Below, piece by piece: positions 36,101-48,100 of a DNA stretch of 64,000 bases. The DNA is taken from positions 310,001 through 374,000 of the forward strand of contig QPMI01000040.1 in the NCBI GenBank assembly GCA_004431415.1, written 5' to 3'. The translations under genes and the position numbers were made by a program. The stretch is from Cyanophora paradoxa CCMP329. Taxonomy: Eukaryota > Plantae > Glaucophyta. Numbering within the stretch: position 1 is the first letter of the stretch; the number at the start of each line of letters is the position of its first letter. The notes below the pieces were generated by a model that searched no databases, was not told where the DNA came from, and was given only the letters and a program-made list of their open reading frames with translations.

Positions 36101-39100
36101 AAATTCGCGGGAGCCCCACGCTGGCGGCCGTCGGGTCGACAAACGTGCTGCAAGGCACCATGAACGACGGGATCCGGATTCCGGCTTCCGTGCTCAGCTC
36201 TCCGACGACTGCGTACACACTCGTGCATTCGTGCCGCTACAACGCACCCGCTTGGAGCGCCCCTACAAACCGCATCATTGATGGCGTTACCTCCGATTGG
36301 GTGTCTGGGTTCTATACTGGCCGGCGCGGTGTCGCGTTCAAAAAGGGTTGGTGGATTGGAGGTGACAACATGATATCCGCCGAGGTAGCTCCGAATATCA
36401 ACGACTGGGTCCTAAGCGTCGACCGATCCAGGAACTACCGCGCTAATGGCAAGGACCGCACCAATCCATGCCCCTCCTGTGATTCGTACCCCCAATCCGG
36501 CGAAGCCGATCAGATCTCCATCAACTACGGCTACTCCGCTATTTACAGATCTCAGTGGGCCTGGGGATTTCCGCCGGGCACGAGCTCTAGCAACGAATAC
36601 TCGGACTGGCAGTGCGCCTTCATCCTTGTCTACGATAGGCGGCTGTCAGATGCCGAGGTGGAGGAGGTGGAGGCCTGGGCACGGCTGCGCTTCCCGGGTG
36701 TCACCTACCACGGCATGCAGTTCACTTACACGACATCTGTGCCGCCGTCGGCGACCTCCGTGATCGCTCAGGTAAGCGACCTAGGCTATAGCTATCATCA
36801 CCTTTCCACACGCGATGGACGACGTCAACATTAACATTTCCATCGCGCGGTTGCGCAGGTCGGCAAGCCTTACAGCTTCCCGGTAAGCTGTTCGATATGA
36901 GTTTTTGCTTTATGTCAAATTAAATAGCCGCGAATTATGCGCACGCAAGCCGACTTTTGCAATTCGAATTCGAGTTCGTTATTACTTCGTAATCCGCGCC
37001 TGCACACACAGGGGCCCATCCGCGCGGAAACGACGTACACCAACTGTCAAGTGCAGCTGACAAACGCGGTCGGCAAAACGACAAGCTCTGTCACGTTCAC
37101 GACGGGGGCTCAGCCGCCTCCACCATCGCCCTTCTCGCTGTCCAGCCCAGTGCAGAACCAGAGGAACGTCACTCTTGTCGGCGGAAACGCGCAGTTCGTT
37201 CTGGAGGGCCTGAACCCAGCGGATGGGCTGCAGAGGGCCACAGTGACGTGCGATACGTCTGTAGGCGACCCGCTCGCGCAGCCGCCGTACGCCGCGTCCA
37301 TCGCCGGCTGGTACGACGGGACGTCGTGGACGGGCACCTATTGGGGTGACCTGAGCGGCAACGGGCGAAATGCGACCGACACGAGGGGGAACATTACAGC
37401 AACCAACGACTCCGGCGTGCCTGTTCTGGAGGGCGGCACAAATGAAGGCGCTCGCATCCCTACGTCCGTCATGAACAGCGCGACCTCCCAGTACACGCTG
37501 GCGCACGGCTGCAGGACACGTGATGATAATAGTCGCCTCGTCTACGGTGTCACGAAGAATTGGCTCTCGGGCTTTTATGGGCCACTCTACGGCGTCGCTT
37601 ACCACGAGGGATGGATCACGCCGGAATCTATGCCGGCCAATGTCCCTTCTCGCATAGATAGATGGCTTTTGAGCATCGACCGCCTTCGTTCATATAGGGC
37701 GAACGGCGTTGATCGGACTTCGAATCCGTATGCTGGGTCCTACACGGCCGACCAGATATCCGTTAATTACGGAAATCCGGATCCTATATACAATTTAGAA
37801 CTGTCCTCGTGGTGGCAGTGCTCATTCCTCATGGTCTACAGCCGAGAACTCTCTGATAGCGAAGTCGCCGAGGTGGAGGCTTGGGCGGTCAAACGGTACG
37901 GCTACGCTGGCCAGTTCCCTGGCCTTCCTATAACAGCTCGTTACACGTTCAATAAGACACTCTCGGGCTCGGAGACATCGACTGTCGTCCAGGTCCGCAT
38001 TTAATTTCTAACATTATATATATATGTATAGGTTACAGATCAATGTTATTTCAGCTTTATTGTTTGATGCTTGTTTGACGTGCAGGTGCCGGTGAAACCT
38101 GGCGCAGCGTACACATGCTCAGTCACGCTCGAGAACGCAGGAGGCACCTCGGCGCCGAGCGATATGCGCAATGTCACGTTCTCCACCATGCCCACCGGTC
38201 CTCCATCAACAGCGCGTGTCACATACGTCTCGACCTCCAACGTTCCTTTCAGCGGCGGCGTTGCCAATCTCACCATCCTCGGGTTGAACCCTTGGGACCA
38301 AGTCTCATCGATCTCCGTGACGTGTCCTCAAGTGGGCGAGACCTACACGACATCGGTGCCGCCATTCGCGGGATCCGCGATCGCCCAGGTGATCATGAGC
38401 CCACGAACTCAAATTGTGTACCAGCACTAATTATTAATTATATATATTACCTCCTCTGCGATGCACAGATTGGCACTGCATTCTCTCCACAGGGGCCTAT
38501 TTTTGCTGGCACAATGTACAGCAACTGCGCGGTGCAGCTGACGAACGCAGTGGGCACCACCGCTGCGAGCCTCGTCACGTTCATAACACGGCCGGCATCT
38601 GCCCCCTCGACTGCGGGTGTCACGTACGGATCGACCTCAAGTGTCCCCTTCAGCAACGGCATGGCGAGCCTGAACATCAGTGGCCTCAATCCCACTGATC
38701 AGGTCTCCTCGATCTCCGTGACCTGCCCTGTAACAGCGAATACAACGCTGGCGCCACCGTTCGCTTCGGCTCTTGCAGGCTTTTACGCTGCCTCATCGTG
38801 GACAGGCACCCAGTGGAACGACCTCTCGGGCAACGATCGGCATGCGACTCAGACCCGGGGCACGCCCACCGTAGGCTCGTTCGGTTCGGCAAACGTGCTG
38901 CAAGGCAGCATCAACGACGGCGTCATATTTCCGGCTACCGTTATGAGCCCCTCGACGACTTCGTACACTTTTGTGCACTCGTGCCGCTACACTGCAACTT
39001 ACAGAGACACCACAACAAATCGCATCATCGATGGCGTTACGAGCAACTGGCTTTCTGGGCACTACAATGGCCTACGCGGTGTCTCGTATCGTGAAGGGTG

Positions 39101-42100
39101 GATTACACCTTTTTCAAATTTTCCGTCAATTCCAAATACAAACGACTGGATTCTGAGCGTTGACCGTCCCCAGAACTACCGTGCCAACGGCCAAGATCGA
39201 ACCACTTGCCCCGTTTGCGAAGTCCTCCCTGCTGACCAGATATCGATCAACTTCGGGTACTCCCCAATGTTGAACCATAACGTGAATCCCGGGTCCTACT
39301 ACGAGTACTCGGCCTGGCAGTGTGCATTTGTCATTGTTTACAATCGGACCCTCTCGGACAGCGAGGTGGAGGGGGTGGAGGCCTGGGCGCGAATGCGCTT
39401 CCCTGGGGTCACCTATCCGAATTATGCGTTCACGTACACGACTTCCGTTCCGCCTTCGGCGAGCTCTGCAGTCGTCCAGGTAGACAGCCTATAACATATC
39501 AACGCATGTCCTATCTCTTTAACACCGACGATTCGCACGCAGATTGGCAAGTCTTACGGTTTCCCGGTATGCTTGTTGAAAGTTTTACGCAAGACTCTGA
39601 GACGTGCTAGCATTTTCCATTAACAATATCGCGCTTTGATGCAGGGGCCCATTCGCGCGGAGACGACATACACCAACTGTCAAGTGCAGCTGACAAACGC
39701 GGTCGGCATTACGACGAGCTCTTTCACGTTCACGACGAGCTCTCCGCCTGCCACCGCCCCGGACGCACCCTCCTCGGTCTCGATACCGGCGAGCAGCATT
39801 CGGGGCACGACCGCGCAAATTGCAGTCTCGTTTGGCTTCAATGGCGGCTCAAACATCACGAGCGTGAACGCAAGCTGCCGGCTCAGCTCAGGCGGCTCCG
39901 CTGTGTGGGCGGGCAGCGTGGCGGTGGTGGCCGGGGCGGCGAACACAACCCTGCTGGCGACTGGGCTGCAGCCAGGCACGTCGTACGTCTGCAGCGCAAG
40001 CGTCAGCAACGCTGTGGGAGTCTCCCCGAGCACTTCCTCGGCGCCATTCACAACAACCGGTCAGTGTTGCCCCTGTACTTGTGCCTCTGCCCCTGTAGCA
40101 ACCCTAGACGTCGACCGTACCCCCGCACCTGTAGCTGATGCATGTGCCCCCCGGCAGCTCTCTACACATTGACGACCGCTTCCATGGCTGCGGGGCCTCG
40201 CTACAGCTCCAGGGCTGCTGGCGTCATGTTCCGTAATCGCACTGGAAGCTTGAAGTTTGCCATGGTTGGTGGGAACGTGGCAGATAAAATTGCCAGCGTT
40301 TTGGTTCTCGACGTAGGTGAGCAGCTCACATAGCAGCGGATTGGCATACTTTGCAGTCACTGACACCTCTCTGCAGCTTCAGGCATGTGGACAACACCGA
40401 CGCTCACTGCTCCTGTTCCCGTGATGAACTCGGCTTGCAGTTGGGATGAGGCCGGTTAGTTGTTTCGCAGCTGCAGATCACTAGTACTGTTGGCCTTTCT
40501 CATGATGATACCGTCTCTTTTGCGTTTCGCGCAGACACTATTTACTGTTCCGGTCCGCGAGCTCAAGCTGTGATCTGCTTGAACCTTGAAATCTTCCTTA
40601 AACCGATACGTATATACATTTGCAGGGGGATATTTTGGTGCTTCCCAAGAACACGCGACTTTCTTTTGGAGTTTTCCAACGTCCATGGCTGGAAACATTG
40701 TTGATTACTCTGCCACCTGGCCTGTGCCATCTGGCCGGGCCGGCCATTGTAGTGTGTTTTTTGACGGAAGCTATTATGTGCGTATGAAGCTGCCACTTCC
40801 GGTGCGTGAAGCTGAGTGTGTAGCTTTTAACCTCTGCTTTCACATCCCAGGTTGCCGGTGGTGCCGGTCTCCCCAGTTTTATTTTGATACGGTGCGGTTC
40901 AATCAGTATAACATGATTCTCCGGATTTCATCCTGATATGCGGGTACAGCTGGTCTCCAGCAACGGGCTGGGTGACTGAAATAGGTTCCTCGGCATTCTC
41001 ATCTCCTTGGTTGCCCGGCTGCAGTCGCCTGGGTCCGTATTTCGTTGAGCCTGTCTTGTTTGAGGTCGAAAACACGGCTAATATTTCTTCAACGCGCGGA
41101 TGACAGGCAGCAAGCTCTACGTCCTAGATGGATATAGTACTTATGCGCTCTAGTAAGCTCTTATGCTGCCTTTCCATTTGATTTACGCTCTCGGATAATT
41201 TGTTCTGACATTATTTTTCAAGCGAGGTCGAGCTTGCGGGGAGCGGTCCGCGCTCGTGGCGTCGTGTAATTACGTATGCTACAAGCGACGTGGCGGGGCC
41301 AAGTCTGATGATCTTCGGTGGATGCGGGAGGTTCTTGTTTCATGCTGGAGCAGGGGCATCATTTCTTCCCCGCCTGATCGACCCCACAAGTGCGCATTGC
41401 TATTGCCTTTCACTATTGCAGTGGATAGAGACTCGCTTGTTGTGTTCATGCCTAATCCTTTCACCATTACCAGCGGGCGCAATCGTATTCTACGGCTCGA
41501 ATTCGTTCACCATCCCTTCGTGGATTGCGCACGGATCGGAGACAGCGACATGTACATTAGTGGCGTCGACCGGAGACACCGCCTTCCGCTTTCCAGGTGA
41601 CTAGCTATAGTCGCAATCGCGTAACGTTGTTCAGCGCGCGACTTATTAAATTGTGAATCCCGCCACATGTACAGCGACACAGCCCGTCACGGCACCGGAA
41701 GCGCCGATAAAGCTGACGACCACCAGCCTTTCCCTCACATCAGCAGTTCTCGCCATCACTCTTGGGTACGATGGAGGCGATGCAATCGTGACCGCGTCAT
41801 TCGCCTGTACATTTGCAAGCGGGGGGCCCGCTGTATGGGCCGCCTCGGTACCAGTGGATTCGGGGGCAATATCTGTCTCTGTGGTCGCTTCTGGACTGCA
41901 AAGACTCACATCATACACGTGCCAGGCGAACGCGACAAATCGTGTCGGAACCTCGAACAGCTCTTTCCCTTTGTCCTTTACAACGACTGGAGAAGCACCG
42001 TCGGTGTTGCTTTCTATCTCGGTGCCTGCTTCTCAAATTGTAGGCAACGTCTCAGTCTGCTCTACAGCGCCAGGGCCTCCACGAGGATATGGTAAGCAAA

Positions 42101-45100
42101 CGTGCGCCCTCGTTGCGGCTCTGGGCGCTCACATTTTCGACAGCGGCCTACTTTCCGGGACCAGCTGCGGGTGGCCCATACATGTACTTCGGCTCGACGA
42201 CGTACGGGAGCACTGCGGCTGGCCTCACCGTAGAGTGCTGGTGGGTAACGAGGGGGTAGAAGATAAGTTTATACAATTCCTTGGCCGCTGACTTGCGATT
42301 GACGCTAGGTTCAGACGCTTGTCGAACATCTTACAATGGGCTCGCATTTTCGACCTTCACAACGGAGCTTCAGCGTCTTCCGGTCCGAGTACGGGCAACA
42401 TAGCTTGGGCTTTTCAGTGGGACAGTGCGACCGCTGGTGCGCCATATATGCGTTCATTTGATTTATCGATCTCCGGGCAAATCCGCTCAACTACTACGCG
42501 TTTCAGTTCAGTACACCGCCATCTGGGACGGATGGACAAACGGCCAATTTTCAGAAACTCGTCCCGTGCCTATAACTGAAGGCGCAGTTCCGGTAAGCCA
42601 TAACCGCAGCGGTCCTCCAGTTCCATGAAGCGTGTTGATGATCGGTATACGTATTAATGCTGTATGCACGTGCATTAGGCCGGGAGCTGGCAGCACTTGG
42701 CGATCAGCGTCTCCCAAACGGCATCATTGTCAACCTCGGCCAGCTGCAAGTTTTATATTAATGGCCAGCTGAAGAATACAGTGACGTGCAGATCAGTCGA
42801 GGCGTACACCCGCGCGTGGGGCCTTCTGGGGCTTAGCTCATGGCCAGGCGAACCGACGGTCGAAGCCGGACAAATTGCCGAGCTCCGCTTCTGGAATGTC
42901 GAGCGCACTGCTGCGCAGATTGCAAGCGCATACCAGACCACTGTTCCCCCGACGTCGCCCGGCCTCTACATGTATTTCCCTTTTGCAGGAGACTTTGTGC
43001 GTTCTGCCGCGCCGTGCACGTGCGCGCTTGCTGTAGTCCCGTGCTGCTCTGATGGCTTCTTCCGCGATCGCGACACAGAACGACATCGGCCCCAACGCGC
43101 GACACGCAACTGCTGTGCCGACCGGAAGCGTTCAACTTCTGAGCACAGGAACAGGTTCGCGAGAGCTCTTTATGGTTGCATTATTTATATCCAACCTCCA
43201 CTGAAATCGAACTTGAAGGAACTTCATGTACAACTCGTGGATCCGGCAACGCTACCCTAACGGTCTCATTTGCAAACAGCAATGACTCTGCCGTTGCTTC
43301 CGTGACAGCGAGCTGCGCGACAACGAATGGCGGATCGATTGTTTGGACTGGGCAGTCTTCCATCGCGGCAGGCCAGTCGGTCGTGGTGTTCAATGTGACG
43401 GGATTAATGAATGGCACTGCATACACGTGCACGGCGACCGCTATAACCGCTGCTCAAGGACGGGCCACGGCGACAACGGAGGCGTTCGACACAACTCCAC
43501 GGACCCCCGCGGCTCCGTCTCTTGTACTGGTAGGCTCGGTTGGAGCGCGAAACGCTTCCATCGTCGTCAGTATTGAACCGGGATCAACTTCCATCTCTGC
43601 GAGCTGTGCTCTTCAGGCGGGTGGCGGACCTGTGTGGGGAGCATCCGTTAACGTGCCAGACGGAACGACGACGATCGCAGTGGCGGCGACAGGCCTGGAG
43701 CCGAACACGACGTACGTGTGCCAGGCCAACGCGACAAACGCGGCGGGGACCTCGCCCGCGACGCTCTCGGCCTCGTTCATCACGGCTGTGGAGGCGCCGT
43801 GGGCGCCGGCCTCGGTGGCGGTCTCGGCGATCGCGCCGCGCAACGCGACGGTGACGGTGACGCTCGGGTACAACGGCGGCGCGTGGGTGACGTCGGTGGC
43901 GGCGAGCTGCGGGCCGGCGGAGGGCGGGGCGGGCGCCTGGGGCGAGGTGCAGGTGGTGAGCCACGGGGCGGCGGGGACGACGGTCAGCTTCTCGGCGGCG
44001 GGCCTGGAGCCGAACACGACGTACGTGTGCCAGGCCAACGCAACGAGCGCGGCGGGGACCTCGCCTGCGACGCTCTCGGCCTCGTTCATCACGGCTGCGG
44101 AGGCGCCGTGGGCACCGGCCTCGGTGGCGGTCTCGGCGATCGCGCCGCGCAACGTGACGGTGACGGTGATGCTCGGGTACAACGGCGGCGCGTGGGTGAC
44201 GTCGGTGGCGGCGAGCTGCGGGCCGGCGGAGGGCGGGGCGGCCACCTGGGGCGCGGTGCAGGAGGTAACCCTCGGGGCGGCGGGGACGACGGTCAGCTTC
44301 TCGGCGGCGGGCCTGGAGCCGAACACGACGTACGTGTGCCAGGCCAACGCAACGAGCGCGGCGGGGACCTCGCCCGCGACGCTCTCGGCCTCGTTCATCA
44401 CGGCTGCGGAGGCGCCGTGGGCGCCGGCCTCGGTGGCGGTCTCGGCGATCGCGCCGCGCAACGCGACGGTGACGGTGACGCTCGGGTACAACGGCGGGGC
44501 GTGGGTGACGTCGGTGGCGGCGAGCTGCAGGCCGGCGGAGGGCGGGGCGGCCGTCTGGGGCGCGGTGCAGGCGGTGAGCCTCGGGGCGGCGGGGACGACG
44601 GTCAGCTTCTCGGCGGCGGGCCTGGAGCCGAACACGACGTACGTGTGCCAGGCCAACGCGACGAGCACGGCGGGGACTTCTCCCGCGACGCTCGCGGCCT
44701 CGTTCATCACGGCTGTGGAGGCGCCTTGGGCGCCGGCCTCGGTGGCGGTCTCTGGGATCGCGCCGCGCAACGCGACGGTGACGGTGACGCTCGGGTACAA
44801 CGGCGGCGCGTGGGTGACGTCGGTGGCGGCGAGCTGCGGGCCGGCGGAGGGCGGGGCGGCCGTCTGGGGCGCGGTGCAGGCGGTGAGCCTCGGGGCGGCG
44901 GGGACGACGGTCAGCTTCTCGGCGGCGGGCCTGGAGCCGAACACGACGTACGTGTGCCAGGCCAACGCAACGAGCACGGCGGGGACCTCGCCCGCGACGC
45001 TCTCGGCCTCGTTCATCACGGCTGCGGAGGCGCCGTGGGCGCCGGCCTCGGTGGCGGTCTCGGCGATCGCGCCGCGCAACGCGACGGTGACGGTGACGCT

Positions 45101-48100
45101 CGGGTACAACGGCGGCGCGTGGGTGACGTCGGTGGCGGCGAGCTGCGGGCCGGCGGAGGCCGGGGCGGGCGCCTGGGGCGAGGTGCAGGAGGTGAGCCTC
45201 GGGGCGGCTGGGACGACGGTCAGCTTCTCGGCGGCGGGCCTGGAGCCGAACACGACGTACGTGTGCCAGGCCAACGCGACGAGCGCGGCGGGGACCTCGT
45301 CCGCAATGCTCTCGGCCTCGTTCATCACGGCTGCGGAGGCGCCGTGGGCGCCGGCCTTGGTGGCGGTCTCGGCGATCGCGCCGCGCAACGCGACGGTGAC
45401 GGTGACGCTCGGGTACAACGGCGGGGCGTGGGTGACGTCGGTGGCGGCGAGCTGCGGGCCGGCGGAGGGCGGGGCGGCCGCCTGGGGCGAGGTGCAGGCG
45501 GTGAGCCTCGGGGCGGCGGGGACGACGGTCAGCTTCTCGGCGGCGGGCCTGGAGCCGAACACGACGTACGTGTGCCAGGCCAACGCGACGAGCGCGGCGG
45601 GGACCTCGCCCGCGACGCTCTCGGCCTCGTTCATCACGGCTGCGGAGGCGCCGTGGGCACCGGCCTCGGTGGCGGTCTCGGCGATCGCGCCGCGCAACGC
45701 GACGGTGACAGTGACGCTCGGGTACAACGGCGGCGCGTGGGTGACGTCGGTGGCGGCGAGCTGCGGGCCGGCGGAGGCCGGGGCGGGCGCCTGGGGCGCG
45801 GTGCAGGCGGTGAGCCTCGGGGCGGCTGGGACGACGGTCAGCTTCTCGGCGGCGGGCCTGGAGCCAAACACAACGTACGTGTGCCTTGCCAACGCGACGA
45901 GCGCGGCGGGGACCTCGCCCGCGACACTCTCGGCCTCGTTCATCACGGCTGTGGAGGCGCCGTGGGCGCCGGCCTCGGTGGCGGTCTCGGCGATCGCGCC
46001 GCGCAACGCGACGGTGACGGTGACGCTCGGGTACAACGGCGGCGCGTGGGTGACGTCGGTGGCGGCGAGCTGCGGGCCGGCGGAGGGCGGGGCGGCCGTC
46101 TGGGGCGCGGTGCAGGCGGTGAGCCTCGGGGCGGCGGGGACGACGGTCAGCTTCTCGGCGGCGGGCCTGGAGCCGAACACGACGTACGTGTGCCAGGCCA
46201 ACGCAACGAGCGCGGCGGGGACCTCGCCCGCGACGCTCTCGGCCTCGTTCATCACGGCTGCGGAGGCGCCGTGGGCACCGGCCTCGGTGGCGGTCTCGGC
46301 GATCGCGCCGCGCAACGCGACGGTGACGGTGACGCTCGGGTACAACGGCGGGGCGTGGGTGACGTCGGTGGCGGCGAGCTGCGGGCCGGCGGAGGGCGGG
46401 GCTGCCGCCTGGGGCGAGGTGCAGGCGGTGAGCCTCGGGGCGGCGGGGACGACGGTCAGCTTCTCGGCGGCGGGCCTGGAGCCGAACACGACGTACGTGT
46501 GCCGGGCCAACGCGACGAGCGCTGCGGGGACCTCGCCCGCGACGCTCTCGGCCTCGTTCATCATGGCTGCGGAGGCTCCGTGGGCGCCGGCCTCGGTGGC
46601 GGTCTCGGCGATCACGCCGCGCAACGCGACGGTGACGGTGACGCTCGGGTACAACGGCGGGGCGTGGGTGACGTCGGTGGCGGCGAGCTGCGGGCCGGCG
46701 GAGGGCGGGGCGGCCGCCTGGGGCGCGGTGCAGGCGGTGAGCCTCGGGGCGGCAGGGACGACGGTCAGCTTCTCGGCGGCGGGCCTGGAGCCGAACACGA
46801 CGTACGTGTGCCAGGCCAACGCAACGAGCGCGGCGGGGACCTCGCCTGCGACGCTCTCGGCCTCGTTCATCACGGCTGCGGAGGCGCCGTGGGCGCCGGC
46901 CTCGGTGGCGGTCTCGGCGATCGCGCCGCGCAACGTGACGGTGACGGTGATGCTCGGGTACAACGGCGGCGCGTGGGTGACGTCGGTGTTGGCGAGCTGC
47001 GGGCCGGCGGAGGGCGGGGCGGCCACCTGGGGCGCGGTGCAGGAGGTAAGCCTCGGGGCGGCGGGGACGACGGTCAGCTTCTCGGCGGCGGGCCTGGAGC
47101 CGAACACGACGTACGTGTGCCAGGCCAACGCAACGAGCGCGGCGGGGACCTCGCCCGCGACGCTCTCGGCCTCGTTCATCACAGCTGCGGAGGCGCCGTG
47201 GGCACCGGCCTCGGTGGCGGTCTCGGCGATCGCGCCGCGCAACGCGACGGTGACGGTGACGCTCGGGTACAACGGCGGGGCGTGGGTGACGTCGGTGGCG
47301 GCGAGCTGCGGGCCGGCGGAGGCCGGGGCGGGCGCCTGGGGCGAGGTGCAGGCGGTGAGCCTCGGGGCGGCGGGGACGACGGTCAGCTTGTCGGCGGCGG
47401 GCCTGGAGCCAAACACAACGTACGTGTGCCTGGCCAACGCGACGAGCGCGGCGGGGACCTCGCCCGCGACACTCTCGGCCTCGTTCATCACGGCTGCGGA
47501 GGCGCCGTGGGCGCCGGCCTCGGTGGCGGTCTCGGCGATCGCGCCGCGCAACGCGACGGTGACGGTGACGCTCGGGTACAACGGCGGCGCGTGGGTGACG
47601 TCGGTGGCGGCGAGCTGCGGGCCGGCGGAGCGCGGGGCGGCCGTCTGGGGCGAGGTGCAGGCGGTGAGCCTCGGGGCGGCGGGGACGACGGTCAGCTTCT
47701 CGGCGGCGGGCCTGGAGCCAAACACGACGTACGTGTGCCAGGCCAACGCGACGAGCACGGCAGGGACCTCGCCCGCGACGCTCTCGGCCTCGTTCATCAC
47801 GGCTGCGGAGGCGCCGTGGGCACCGGCCTCGGTGGCGGTCTCTGAGATCGCGCCGCGCAACGCGACGGTGACGGTGACGCTCGGGTACAACGGCGGGGCG
47901 TGGGTGACGTCGGTGGCGGCGAGCTGCGGGCCGGCGGAAGGCGGGGCAACTGCCTGGGGCGCGGTGCAGGCGGTGAGCCTCGGGGCGGCGGGGACGACGG
48001 TCAGCTTCTCGGCGGCGGGCCTGGAGCCGAACACGACGTACGTGTGCCAGGCCAACGCGACGAGCGCGGCGGGGACCTCGCCCGCGACACTCTCGGCCTC

